64,000 nucleotides of DNA, from assembly GCA_963666285.1 (NCBI GenBank), contig OY762711.1. One strand, given 5' to 3'. Every line of letters begins with the position of its first letter. The stretch's first letter is position 1. Below are positions 9,300 through 20,057 of the stretch, in pieces. The translations under genes were made by a program, and so were the position numbers. The notes under the pieces are model-generated. The model ran no database searches, had not been told where the DNA came from, and saw only the letters and a program-made list of their open reading frames with translations. This DNA comes from Sedimentisphaerales bacterium. GTDB lineage: Bacteria > Planctomycetota > Phycisphaerae > Sedimentisphaerales > SM23-30.

Positions 9300-10781
9300 A
9301 TGAAAACAAATAGAATAATAAGTGAATACGAACAGGCAAGACTAGATAAACTGGTTAAACTAAAGGAATTAGGAATAGACCCTTACGGCGGATATTTTCC
9401 TGATACAGATACAATTTCAGACGTTCTGGCAAAATTTGACCCGGAAAATGAAGAAATAAATGTCTGTGCAGCGGGCCGAATCATGCTCCACAGAACAATG
9501 GGAAACCTGATGTTTTCCACTATTAAGGACTGGACTGGCAGCATCCAGATAGGTATCAGTAAAAAATTGGTAGGTGACGGCTGGAATATTGCTAAACTAC
9601 TCGATTTGGGCGATATCGTAGGCATTAAAGGTGTACTAGGTCAAACAAAAACCGGTGAAATCACTATTTGGGTCAAAGAGCTTACTATTCTCAGTAAGGC
9701 TACCTTGCCACCGCCTGATAAGTTTTCCGGTTTACAGGATGTCGAAAGAAGATACCGCCAAAGATACGTGGATCTATTCACCAATCAGGATGTCATGTCA
9801 ACATTCAAGGACCGCAGCAAAATTATTGCCGATATAAGATCTTTGCTCAGAAGCAAAAGTTTTATTGAGGTTGAAACTCCTATGATGCAGTCCATAGCAG
9901 GTGGAGCTGCGGCAAGGCCGTTTATAACACACCACAACACTCTGGATATGCAGCTCTATATGCGTATAGCCCCGGAATTGTTCTTGAAACGATTGCTTGT
10001 TGGCGGCATGGAAAAGGTTTTTGAAATCAACCGTAATTTCAGAAATGAAGGGTTTAGCACCCGCCATAACCCTGAATTTACCATGTGCGAACTTTACCAG
10101 GCATATGCCGATTATAATGTTATGATGGATATTATGGAAGATATCACATGCCATTTGGTAGAACAGCGATCTGATAACATGAAGCTTGAATACAATGGAC
10201 GTGAAATTGACTATTCACGACCATGGCGTCGAGCAACTTACGCAGAACTGTTTAACGAACATTGCCCGTGTAACATTGATGATATCGGTGCTGTACGTGC
10301 AACAGCTAAATCAATTGGAATTGAAGAAGCTAAAATGGATGACATAGTTGTAATCAATGAAGTGTTCGAGCATTATGTCGAAGAACACCTGATAAATCCG
10401 ACATTTGTCAAAGATTATCCTTCAGAGCTATGTGTACTGACAAAACAAAAGGCTTCAGACCCTTCAATCGCTGAAAGGTTCGAGCTTTTCATCTCAGGCA
10501 TGGAAGTTGCGAACGCATATACAGAATTGAATGATCCGGCTGTCCAGGAAGCCAATTTCATGAACCAGCTTAAAGGCCAGGAAGAAACTGAAGCTCAAAT
10601 GGATGAGGATTTTGTCGAGGCATTGAGATATGGAATGCCACCGGCCGGAGGTTTAGGTTTTGGAGTTGACAGGCTTGTTATGCTGATGACAAATAATCCA
10701 AGCATACGAGATGTTATCCTGTTTCCACTTATGCGGCCCCAAACAGAAGAACCTGCCAAACAGGAATCTGAAGAAAAATAG
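9300..10781 (+). CDS. lysS: Lysine--tRNA ligase (class II)
   Basis: RYRQRYVDL, EVETPMM, GGAAARPFITHHN, FRNEG..RHNPEFT, ERFELFI, YGMPPAGGLGFGVDRL. Confidence 0.98.
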   Translation: MKTNRIISEYEQARLDKLVKLKELGIDPYGGYFPDTDTISDVLAKFDPENEEINVCAAGRIMLHRTMGNLMFSTIKDWTGSIQIGISKKLVGDGWNIAKLLDLGDIVGIKGVLGQTKTGEITIWVKELTILSKATLPPPDKFSGLQDVERRYRQRYVDLFTNQDVMSTFKDRSKIIADIRSLLRSKSFIEVETPMMQSIAGGAAARPFITHHNTLDMQLYMRIAPELFLKRLLVGGMEKVFEINRNFRNEGFSTRHNPEFTMCELYQAYADYNVMMDIMEDITCHLVEQRSDNMKLEYNGREIDYSRPWRRATYAELFNEHCPCNIDDIGAVRATAKSIGIEEAKMDDIVVINEVFEHYVEEHLINPTFVKDYPSELCVLTKQKASDPSIAERFELFISGMEVANAYTELNDPAVQEANFMNQLKGQEETEAQMDEDFVEALRYGMPPAGGLGFGVDRLVMLMTNNPSIRDVILFPLMRPQTEEPAKQESEEK

Positions 10782-10798
10782 TTATAATTTGCACTTTT

Positions 10799-10830
10799 AA
10801 AACGCAGGACTAATCCTGCGTTTTTTTTTT
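10799..10830. terminator. Intrinsic terminator (probably bidirectional) between lysS and the pectate lyase gene
   Basis: AAAACGCAGGA-ctaa-TCCTGCGTTTT running into a T10 tract. Confidence 0.85.
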
Positions 10831-10844
10831 GGGGACTCAATAAG

Positions 10845-13800
10845 CTATTGACATTCACTAGGAACAATATCTGCACCGTTGATCATTATGTAATCGATAT
10901 TAGCCAGTCCGCCACTATTGACAGCCTGAAGTCGAATAGAATGGATCCCCACCGTCAGATATAAATCTTTGGAAACCTGTGACCAAGTCGTCCAGTCCCC
11001 TGTTCCCGGAAAACTCACCTCTTCAATACTAATAGCGTCGACAAGTATTATACCCGGACGATCACTGCTGCCGTTGGCATAACGCCATGAAATAGTATAA
11101 ACACCGGCTTGAGCAACCTCAACAGACCAGTTGACGCCTTCTCCGACAGCATTTTGAGTATTAACAAAACCGTCTCCGGTAAAACCGGAATTGTTACTAT
11201 CGATACTGCCTCCTGAATCAACACTGCAATAGCCAGATTCATTTTCCTGGATAATAATAGTAACATATGAATTTACTTCACCAGAAACAAGTACAGAAAC
11301 AGTATCAGTGAAAATTACAGAATCCGTTTCAATAGTAAAATCGAAGCTGGCCAAGCCAACAAAGTCATTCGCTGGTATAAAGCTAACGGTATGGCCGTCT
11401 GCTAATAAGACAGCAGATCCATTATTAATATTTGAAATAGTATAAGTACCTGTTTCAAATCCACTTGTGTAATATTCAAGATCAATATCTATCTGAGTAT
11501 TTTTATCTGTGTGGCCATGAGAACAAGCAAGCCAGTTAAGATATTCTTCAAGATTTGTATATCCATCATTGTCAAGATCCCCATTATTGTCAGCAGCCAT
11601 TGAATTAAGACCGGCAATAGAATTTTCCCAATGATCCGGCATGCCGTCCTGATCGGAGTCCTGGGGAGCGATACCGCCAGAAATTACAGATGGTCCGCCG
11701 ACATCCTCATAACTGTATATTATTCCTCCTGTCTGGGTGACAACCTGATCAATAATTCGCTCATCAGTAGAGTCACGGTCCTGCCAGCAACCAACTTGAG
11801 AAAGCACTCTCTGATATGCCAGTTCGGGCGAATCAGTCTGAACCGGTGGGAATTCATATGGAATAGAAACAATATCAGGTAAAGCATCCGGCTCAAGCAT
11901 ATCATATCCCAGGTCAACAGCATTTGCAATACCATCTCTATTTGAATCAATTCGATTATCATTGAAATAAAGATGGTAATTGGAATTACCGGTAATTACC
12001 ATTATACCATCATCTGTCGTCGTACTTGATCCTGCTATGTAATAATTACCAATACAATTTGCATGGCATTGGGCTCCAGTATTTCCACCTGCAATATACG
12101 GAGCAAAACCCCAGTCATACGCAACATTATTTCTGTAATCAAATTCACCTTTATTTTTCGGATTTCGATCATTATTATGGGCATACAAACAATGATGCAT
12201 TGACAGGACCGGCATCTCAAGCAGACTGCCCTTGGAATGCCCAAGAATATTCTGCCCTTCGGTGATCATACACCATTGAGCGGTAATATTTTGTGACTTA
12301 TTCATTGAAAATACTTCATCTGTACCCCATGAGACAGATAGATGGTCATATATATTATCCGAACATGTATCATTCAGACTCAATGCATCATCCTGTTCAC
12401 TATTATTGGTATACCGGATACGTAAATAACGCATTATTAAATCGTCAGCACCAATAGACACTCCGGGACCTACAATAGATATTCCCTCACCAGGAGCGGT
12501 CTGACCGGCAATGGTCAAACGGTTTGCAGTAATACTCAAACGTGAAGATAATGTAATCTGTCCACCAACATCAAAAACAATAGTTCGGTCACTCTGACTG
12601 ACAGCATCTCTTAAACTGCCAGAACCAGAGTCATTTAGATTCGTTACATGATAGACTGAACCACCTCGACCTCCTTTGGCAAATCTGCCAAAACCTTCTG
12701 CAAAAGTAAATGCCGGCGTAGTAGTTGTAAACTGCCATACAGAGCTTATTGAAGTACCGGACGCACTAATACATTTTACCTGCCAGTAATATTTTGTATT
12801 TGCCTCTACCACCGGACTGAGTATAGACGAATGACTTGTCGTCATATAAAAATCAGGAGGATTTTGAGTACCAAAATATACTACAAATGAATCAGGCTGG
12901 AAACCACTATCCCAGCTTAGCTGCACTGCCTCAAGAGGATATTTTACTTCTGTCTCTCCATTCGAAGGGGAAGGAGATACAGCCTGCATTTGACCGGTAG
13001 TAAATCGCCAGAGATTGCCATTATAAATATTATTATCGTTTATTGAATCTATCCGCCAATAATAAGTTGTATTAGGCAATAATGAAGGGGAATAAACCTT
13101 ACCTTCAGTGCTGGTAGTATAATATTCCGGCTCAATTGAAGTGCCAAAGTAAATATCAAAAGATTCAGCTCCAAATCCGGGAGTCCATCTCAACTCTACT
13201 GAATTTGAATCTACTTCAACATAAGACTCTCCATTTTCAGGCGATGGTGAAGTTGCCTGAGAAGAGCCAGTGGTAAACTGCCAGATATTTCCCTCATCAA
13301 TTTCAGAGCAGTTTGCACTTGCAACACGCCAATAATAAGTAGTTTCTGGCAAGAGACTGTATATTTCGGGATCAGAAATAACCATTTCCTGAGTACTCCC
13401 TAAAAATGTTGAATCACATTCATTTAGCCAATCATAGGCAAGAATAGCCAAATCTGTAAAATCAACCTGGCCATTTAAGTCAAGATCAGCACAAGGATAA
13501 AACGGTTTTTGCTGCCATGATGATGCCATATGGCCGAAATCATTTATATCAACAAACCGACTGCCGTCAATATCCCCTGATAACTTTTGAGCATTATTTA
13601 CAATGCTGCTGCTACCGCCGAAATAGATATCACTTGAATCTGCTACATAGCCTTTGGACCATTTCAGAGCCTCAGGAATTTCTAAAATAGTGGAATTATC
13701 TGCTGGAAAAGGCTTAAAGGCATAATGGGGTATATCAGACAGGTGAGTTATCTTGATTTCATCAATCATACCGCGAAAGTTCCTATTAGCCGGCTTACTT

Positions 13801-14474
13801 CCTACAGATGGTCTGGTAGAGCCAAATGTAATATCGGAGGAAGTCGCTTTTAAGTCATAACTGCCAATATCGGATACAACTTGCTCAATACCTGTCGTTG
13901 TATCGAGTATAGAAAAAATCAGATTATGGTTTTTATCATAAGAACCCTTAACATACAACCATCTATCTTTCAGGTCTCCAATTATTATTTTAGGGTTAAT
14001 ATTACCACTGCTGAGAATAACCTTAAAATTCATGTAATCACTTTCTACGCCGCTGCCTCCTGGCCAAATACCCATTTCAAATACAGAAGAAGAAAATAAA
14101 TAAGTTACTGCAGCATCAAGCTCTGTTGGTAACGCAGAGATATAAATCATATATTCAATAAATAACTCATTGTATGAAGAAGACCAGAAAGAACCGCAGT
14201 TAGCAAACTGTCCGCCTTCGAACAATAACGCATTACCCTGATATCCCGGTACTACAGACGGTGGTGTTTCATTAAGTCCGGAGCGAAATAAAATGAAATT
14301 ATGATCTCGACCCTGATTCAAATAATCATCGTCAGCCGTATAAGGCATATCATCACTATAGTAAACTGACTCCATATGCCAAAGGCCGACTGTTGCAATA
14401 TCATCAGAAAGAGGAACTGCAAAAGCGAAAGTATAAAAAATGACCACTAGAAATAAGCTGCAAAAATATTTCAT
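10845..14474 (-). CDS. Secreted multimodular polysaccharide lyase (PL1-type): LamG-like, dockerin-like pair, 3 Fn3-like modules, PL1 beta-helix, cadherin-like, C-terminal CBM35/CBM6-like
   Basis: Signal peptide; PAF..AEGFG..A.GGRGG.VYHVTNLNDSGSGSLRDAV, TIAGQTAPG, DHLSVSWGTDE, RNP; DSDQDGMPDHWE; GFTGDGFVN..RYANG..TGDWTTW. Confidence 0.85.
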   Translation of the reverse strand: MKYFCSLFLVVIFYTFAFAVPLSDDIATVGLWHMESVYYSDDMPYTADDDYLNQGRDHNFILFRSGLNETPPSVVPGYQGNALLFEGGQFANCGSFWSSSYNELFIEYMIYISALPTELDAAVTYLFSSSVFEMGIWPGGSGVESDYMNFKVILSSGNINPKIIIGDLKDRWLYVKGSYDKNHNLIFSILDTTTGIEQVVSDIGSYDLKATSSDITFGSTRPSVGSKPANRNFRGMIDEIKITHLSDIPHYAFKPFPADNSTILEIPEALKWSKGYVADSSDIYFGGSSSIVNNAQKLSGDIDGSRFVDINDFGHMASSWQQKPFYPCADLDLNGQVDFTDLAILAYDWLNECDSTFLGSTQEMVISDPEIYSLLPETTYYWRVASANCSEIDEGNIWQFTTGSSQATSPSPENGESYVEVDSNSVELRWTPGFGAESFDIYFGTSIEPEYYTTSTEGKVYSPSLLPNTTYYWRIDSINDNNIYNGNLWRFTTGQMQAVSPSPSNGETEVKYPLEAVQLSWDSGFQPDSFVVYFGTQNPPDFYMTTSHSSILSPVVEANTKYYWQVKCISASGTSISSVWQFTTTTPAFTFAEGFGRFAKGGRGGSVYHVTNLNDSGSGSLRDAVSQSDRTIVFDVGGQITLSSRLSITANRLTIAGQTAPGEGISIVGPGVSIGADDLIMRYLRIRYTNNSEQDDALSLNDTCSDNIYDHLSVSWGTDEVFSMNKSQNITAQWCMITEGQNILGHSKGSLLEMPVLSMHHCLYAHNNDRNPKNKGEFDYRNNVAYDWGFAPYIAGGNTGAQCHANCIGNYYIAGSSTTTDDGIMVITGNSNYHLYFNDNRIDSNRDGIANAVDLGYDMLEPDALPDIVSIPYEFPPVQTDSPELAYQRVLSQVGCWQDRDSTDERIIDQVVTQTGGIIYSYEDVGGPSVISGGIAPQDSDQDGMPDHWENSIAGLNSMAADNNGDLDNDGYTNLEEYLNWLACSHGHTDKNTQIDIDLEYYTSGFETGTYTISNINNGSAVLLADGHTVSFIPANDFVGLASFDFTIETDSVIFTDTVSVLVSGEVNSYVTIIIQENESGYCSVDSGGSIDSNNSGFTGDGFVNTQNAVGEGVNWSVEVAQAGVYTISWRYANGSSDRPGIILVDAISIEEVSFPGTGDWTTWSQVSKDLYLTVGIHSIRLQAVNSGGLANIDYIMINGADIVPSECQ

Positions 14475-14930
14475 TAAACTTTTCTCCGTGAAAAATGGGA
14501 AGACACTGATACTCCTACTCTACAGATTTCAAATATACTATATTCATGACATGCAAGTCAAGATAATTTAATTACTGCAGAATATAACACAAATCAACAG
14601 TAATATCATTACGATGTAACTGCAAAAACACAATTATAAGACTCTAGGTATAATATATTTATGAACAACAACACATATGAAATCAACCGGAAACAATATG
14701 AGTTTAACACATAACTGGCTGCATTCTAAGCCATTTACATAGTAATAGGTTACAGATTCCATTGCGCAAGATTGCTTTTTTTTTGCGCAAAATACGCTTG
14801 AATTATAAGTAGTAAGGTTTAAAATTAAATTATAGTCATTAAGGTTAATTTCTGTAATCAATAGAAGCGGCGTCTTTGGATGCGGTATCTAGAGGCAATG
14901 TGTCTGGTAATATATTTGAGGTTTGGAAAG

Positions 14931-15647
14931 ATGAAAAAGTTACTATTGGTCATTTTCACAACGGTATTCTTAACGCAATCACTGCATGCTGCTCTTTTGC
15001 CTGCTGAAGTAAGTGCGCGTACCGAACTGTACAATGGTTCAGAATTTAAAGCAGATGAGTCAAGGGATGACGCTAGCAAGCTCAGTGTTAGAGGTGATGC
15101 TAAAGCTATGAAGTCCTGGATCAGGTTTGACTGCAGTTCCATTGACATAAGCTCTCTGATTAGTGCCGAGTTAAGAGTTACTCTACACCAGGATAAAAGC
15201 AGTTCATGCTCTGTGTCTGTTGTTAATGATGACTACTTGACAAACATTGACTGGGAAGAGGGCGACATTACCTGGAATAATGCTCCAGGAAACTATACTG
15301 CCACATGGGACGAAGTTAATGAAATCGCTGTTCCAGACAATGGTATTTCTGATAATGATCTACAAAAGAATCTGGACCCGACAGCTACAACAGTGATCGG
15401 CACCCTGAATTATGATGGTGTTGCTGGCGACCAGTTTACTATCGACGTACTTTCAGCTCTTCAGGCTGATACTGATGGTATTGTTCAGTTTGTACTTCAC
15501 GGTGCAGGCGGTAGCACAAGCTTTTCTACTCACGATCATCCTAGCGGAGCAGAATACTGGCCAACACTTGTATATGAAGTTCCGGAACCGGCTACCCTTG
15601 CCCTTATTGGCTTTGGCAGTCTGGCAGCATTAAAGAGACGTAAATAA
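14931..15647 (+). CDS. PEP-CTERM protein with DNRLRE/CBM96-like domain (likely start ATG 14931)
   Basis: MKK signal peptide; KSWIRFD...AELRVTL...ITWNNAP; C-terminal VPEPATLALIGFGSLAALKRRK. Confidence 0.85.
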   Translation: MKKLLLVIFTTVFLTQSLHAALLPAEVSARTELYNGSEFKADESRDDASKLSVRGDAKAMKSWIRFDCSSIDISSLISAELRVTLHQDKSSSCSVSVVNDDYLTNIDWEEGDITWNNAPGNYTATWDEVNEIAVPDNGISDNDLQKNLDPTATTVIGTLNYDGVAGDQFTIDVLSALQADTDGIVQFVLHGAGGSTSFSTHDHPSGAEYWPTLVYEVPEPATLALIGFGSLAALKRRK

Positions 15648-15661
15648 TTATTTTCAGATAT

Positions 15662-15703
15662 TTTATAAATGACACCGGTAATAATACCGGTGTCATTTAT
15701 AAA
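15662..15703. terminator. Perfect 19-bp inverted repeat after the PEP-CTERM gene (terminator-like)
   Basis: TTTATAAATGACACCGGTA-ataa-TACCGGTGTCATTTATAAA. Confidence 0.7.
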
Positions 15704-15870
15704 CAAATAAAATAGAACAGTTATTAACATAACCTCTAAATTTCTTTTATAAATAGCTAAGTATTGTTTTTTTATCAAATAATGTGAGACAATAAGTTTC
15801 TACTAAGATATCGCTTTATTTGCTAAATTATTATATATATAGATTTTATAAAAGTAATTTTGAGGTTCAT

Positions 15871-16076
15871 TATTAGTGCGGTATCACACTTTTGACTGTT
15901 CAACATTACACGCAAAGGCCAGAACAGGGCCTTGTGAATGAAAAACTTTATATTTAAGTGTATTTCCGAGCTATTTCTCGAAAGTATATTTAATTCACAG
16001 CGTTGCAGGAAGGCCCTTTTAGGAGATTTACCAGAGGCTCTTCGTTATTGCAACTTAAAGACTGCGAAAGTTAACT
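15871..16076 (+). repeat. Dispersed structured element, copy 2
   Basis: Same conserved blocks as 2363-2579 (15887-15931, 15999-16076), with an unrelated but base-paired central insert. Confidence 0.85.
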
Positions 16077-16463
16077 TTTATATAAATAATACAATTGCAA
16101 ATACTTATTATTACTGAGTATTTTTATATATACAACAAGTATCGTTTATAATATTAATTACGAAAGAATTCTTATAACCTGTAGTTCTGAAACAGGTTGA
16201 ATCCGGCTAGAGTGTTAACAACTTATGACTGTCAGATCAAATAATTTTGTTGTGTCTAGATTTTTCTTTTTTATCTAAATTGAAACTAAGCTGTCTACTA
16301 AATCATAGTACGTATATTCCATGTTTTATAGATAGATAATATTTTGAATTAGATGTTAATTATGAATAGGTAAGAATTTATGCCTGGTTTTTATGCTGGC
16401 GGGTGCGTAGCCCAAAACACCAGGAATTAAATGATAATATTTTTCACTTTCAGGAGATCTGCT

Positions 16464-18554
16464 ATGAGAAAATTATGGTTTTTCCTTCTTATGTTATGTG
16501 TGGTTTGCAGCAGTAATCTGTCTGCAGCCTCACTAGTTGCGGTAGACAGCTGCAGAACGTCATTGAATAACGGTACAACATCCGATGCTGATACCGTAAA
16601 AGCTGATTCGAACAAGCTTAGTGTTCGCGGTGATGCAAAAGCAGCAAAATCATGGATAAAGTTTGATATAAGCAGCTTGGACGTAGGTTCGTTAACAGAA
16701 TGTAAATTACAGATCAGTTTGTATAAAGCCAAAAGCAGCACCTGCCTGCTATCGGCAGTTAACGACGACTATACCACCAATATCAGCTGGTCAAATGCTG
16801 ACCTGACATGGAATACCGGTCCAGGTAACTATACCAGCGCAGATGGTGTAAATGCAGATATAACAAGCGTTTCACAGGGTGATTTACAAGATAACCTTGA
16901 CCCAAGTCAAACAACACTGATAGGTACAGTAGACTACACAAATGGTGCCGCAGGCGATAGTTATCTGATAGATGTGCTACCAATCCTACAAGCTGATACA
17001 GATGGTATTGTACAGTTTGTATTGCATGGATCTGGCGGATCTACCGATTTTGCCACTCACACTGCCGATTCAGGAGAAGAAACATATCCTATGCTGGTAT
17101 ATGAGACAATTCCCGGCGGTGATTGCCCAGACTATGGTACTACCTATGTGAACTACGCAAGCCAGAGCTGTAGAACAGAGCTTTTTGACGGAACAAATGC
17201 AAGAGTAGATGATGTTAGAGCAGATAACAATAAATTATCTGTCAGAGGCGACAGCAAGGCCAGTAAATCATGGATCAAATTTGATATAAGTGATCTTGGC
17301 ATTGATACAAGCCTGGTAAAATCTGCTACTATAAGAGTGACACTTTATGCGCCAAAAGACAATACATGTTTGCTTTCTGCAATAAATGATGACTACCTGG
17401 ATAATATCGACTGGACAGATGGCACTCTGACCTGGAATAACGCACCTGGTAATATTACCAGTACAGATGGCGTAAACCCAGAAGATACAAGTTATTCTAC
17501 CGATGACCTGCAGGACAATCTCGATCCAGGCAAAACTACGCTAATTGGAACGGTTGATTACTCAGCAGGGTCAGGCGGTGTAGCAGGCGATCAGTACTTC
17601 CTGGATGTAACATCAATTGTTAAGTCAGATACAGACGGTATAATCCAATTTGCACTGCATGGTGCAGGTGGATATACTACATTCGCAACTCACGACATGA
17701 GTACTGTTCCTGTTACTGATGGAGAAGCTGTAGATTATTATCCTCAACTGACAATATTAGAAGGTCCGGCTGGTGCAGATAATCCATATCCATGCCAGGA
17801 TGATATAGTATCCTCAGATTTAGTAGGCTTGTCCTGGTCAAACCCTGACCCAAATACAGTTTCCGGTGCAATTACCCCTACTGTTTATCTGGGAACAACA
17901 GATAATAAAGCCGAAATGGACAGCGTAACCCTGGCTCCTAATGCACAGGGCGTATTACTAAATACAGCTAATTTCCCAAATTTTGGAAATCTTCAAAATC
18001 TAACTGATTACTACTGGACCGTTGATTGCTATGATAACAGTCCGGGTGAAGAACACACCAAAGGCGGTGATACCTGGCATTTCAGAGTCAATAATAATGA
18101 TGCTCCAATAGTTGATGCCGGCCCAGACATTACCGTATGGCTAGGCATGAGTGGAACAGCCGGTCAGGAAGCTGTAGATGTTGATGCTACAGTAACCGAT
18201 GACGGTCTGCCCAATCCACCAGCAGCATTTACAATGAAATGGACACAGGTCGATAATGGTGCCGCTCACGTTGGTATTGACCCTAATGACGTTGAAGATA
18301 TTTCTTTAACATTCAGTGAACGCGGCGATTATGAATTCCTGCTAACTGCTTCTGACGGAGCGGTAGAAGGATCAGATACAGTTCGTATTGTTGTTGGTGA
18401 TACACCATGCGATGCATCGCACATGGAAACAGGCGAAGATTTTGCAGCAGGCGATTCAAATGATGACTGCCTGGTAGATCTGCAGGATCTTGTTATGCTG
18501 ATCATAAACAACTGGCTAGATTGTACAGATGCTTTAACCAACTGTGAAGACTAG
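16464..18554 (+). CDS. Secreted protein: two DNRLRE/CBM96-like domains, Fn3-like and PKD-like modules, C-terminal dockerin-like tag (likely start ATG 16464)
   Basis: AGGAGA SD; signal peptide; two KLSVRGD.KA.KSWIKFDIS domains; APIVDAGPD..VTDDGLP; GDSNDDCLVDLQDL...WL. Confidence 0.8.
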   Translation: MRKLWFFLLMLCVVCSSNLSAASLVAVDSCRTSLNNGTTSDADTVKADSNKLSVRGDAKAAKSWIKFDISSLDVGSLTECKLQISLYKAKSSTCLLSAVNDDYTTNISWSNADLTWNTGPGNYTSADGVNADITSVSQGDLQDNLDPSQTTLIGTVDYTNGAAGDSYLIDVLPILQADTDGIVQFVLHGSGGSTDFATHTADSGEETYPMLVYETIPGGDCPDYGTTYVNYASQSCRTELFDGTNARVDDVRADNNKLSVRGDSKASKSWIKFDISDLGIDTSLVKSATIRVTLYAPKDNTCLLSAINDDYLDNIDWTDGTLTWNNAPGNITSTDGVNPEDTSYSTDDLQDNLDPGKTTLIGTVDYSAGSGGVAGDQYFLDVTSIVKSDTDGIIQFALHGAGGYTTFATHDMSTVPVTDGEAVDYYPQLTILEGPAGADNPYPCQDDIVSSDLVGLSWSNPDPNTVSGAITPTVYLGTTDNKAEMDSVTLAPNAQGVLLNTANFPNFGNLQNLTDYYWTVDCYDNSPGEEHTKGGDTWHFRVNNNDAPIVDAGPDITVWLGMSGTAGQEAVDVDATVTDDGLPNPPAAFTMKWTQVDNGAAHVGIDPNDVEDISLTFSERGDYEFLLTASDGAVEGSDTVRIVVGDTPCDASHMETGEDFAAGDSNDDCLVDLQDLVMLIINNWLDCTDALTNCED

Positions 18555-18589
18555 AAATTACCAATAAATATATCAGGAGAAATATAAAA

Positions 18590-19933
18590 ATGAAAAAATT
18601 AAGTTTTTTATTAATATTGTGTTTTCTTGCAAGCAGTGTATGGGCTGACGATACAATCATATCCGCATCAGTCAGTTGCCGTACAGACAAACTTCAACCA
18701 GATACTAATCGTTCAGATTCAAGCAAACTTAGTATCCGGTCAGACAATGAAGCTGCAAAATCATGGATCAAGTTCGAAATTACCGATTTTGCTCCAGAGA
18801 CATATCGCAAAGCAATACTACGTCTGGCCTTGCAGGATCATGGAGAGACAGCATCAACCTTTAGCGTTTCAGCAGTAAATGACGACTATCTTGATAATAT
18901 CGTCTGGGCAGAAAGAGATATAACCTGGAATAATGCCCCAGCTAATGACACAGCCAGCCAGACAGATCTATTGCCTGGTACAACTACCCTTATGGGCAGC
19001 ATTTCATATCCGGATGGTACAGTTCAAGGCGACCAGTTTTATATCGATGTAACAGATGCGATACTAGCTGATACAGATGGTATAATACAGTTTGTTTTGC
19101 ATAACGGTTCAGGCTTGATCAATATTTGTACTCACGATCATAGTTTAGGTGCCGATGTATGGCCAACATTAATACTGACACCAAGACCGGCAGGAGCAGA
19201 TTACCCTGTTCCAGATTATGATGAAGTTGTAGCACCAACATTATCAGAGCTATCCTGGAAGAATCCTGATCCGAATGACGGAGCCAGCCTGATTACCTGC
19301 GATGTATACCTGACGACAGATCCAAATATGTTAACAATGGATATGGTTACCTTAGCGGCCGGTGAAAATTCGGTTGCTATAAACACAACAAACTTCCCGA
19401 ATTATGGTAACCTAGCTGATAATACCATGCATTACTGGAAAGTAGACTGTCATGATCCGAGTAGAGATAATATGATTCCGGGCGAACCATGGAATTTCTA
19501 TGTTGGTGCCCCTCCTGCAATTGATGCCGGTGAAGACCAGATATTGTGGCTTGACGGTGCTTCAGAAATAACTGTTAATCTTGACGGAACCAGTTCAAGC
19601 AGTACAACCTATACTGTTGAATGGACTCAAGTTACAACAGGTGCCCCTACAGTTGCTATTGCCCCTGCTGATGCTGATGATACATCGTTAACAATAACAG
19701 CTCGCGGTGATTATGAGTTTATGCTGACAGGTAATGACGGCATTCTTGTTGGCTCTGATACCGTTCGCATCGTGGTTGGTAATGATGCATGTGATGCATC
19801 ACATATTAATTTTGGTGATGCTTACAATGAAGCTGACCAGAATCAGGATTGTGTAGTTGATCTGCTGGATTTCGTGGCACTTATCGCCTCTGACTGGCTA
19901 GGCTGCACAGATACACTTACAAATTGTAATTAA
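18590..19933 (+). CDS. Secreted protein: one DNRLRE/CBM96-like domain, Fn3/PKD-like modules, dockerin-like tag; paralog of the upstream gene
   Basis: AGGAGA SD; MKK signal peptide; AAKSWIKFEI, ITWNNAP; GDYEF.LT..DG...GSDTVRIVVG...CDASH shared with 16464-18554. Confidence 0.8.
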   Translation: MKKLSFLLILCFLASSVWADDTIISASVSCRTDKLQPDTNRSDSSKLSIRSDNEAAKSWIKFEITDFAPETYRKAILRLALQDHGETASTFSVSAVNDDYLDNIVWAERDITWNNAPANDTASQTDLLPGTTTLMGSISYPDGTVQGDQFYIDVTDAILADTDGIIQFVLHNGSGLINICTHDHSLGADVWPTLILTPRPAGADYPVPDYDEVVAPTLSELSWKNPDPNDGASLITCDVYLTTDPNMLTMDMVTLAAGENSVAINTTNFPNYGNLADNTMHYWKVDCHDPSRDNMIPGEPWNFYVGAPPAIDAGEDQILWLDGASEITVNLDGTSSSSTTYTVEWTQVTTGAPTVAIAPADADDTSLTITARGDYEFMLTGNDGILVGSDTVRIVVGNDACDASHINFGDAYNEADQNQDCVVDLLDFVALIASDWLGCTDTLTNCN

Positions 19934-19983
19934 TACCTCCTGTTCCAAGAAGTAATTAAATCTTAGAACAAAATTGTATTACC

Positions 19984-20017
19984 GGGCTCGTAAAGTAGAT
20001 TTACGGGCCCATTTTTT
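19984..20017 (+). terminator. Intrinsic terminator
   Basis: GGGCTCGTAAA-gtaga-TTTACGGGCCC followed by ATTTTTT. Confidence 0.8.
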
Positions 20018-20057
20018 ATATGTGGAAAGCTATATACCAGGCAAGGGATGGAACAGA

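Noticed and set aside
16383..16424. Hairpin CCTGGT...ACCAGG upstream of the 16464 gene as a riboswitch
   Set aside because: Short, and matches no aptamer consensus I recognise.
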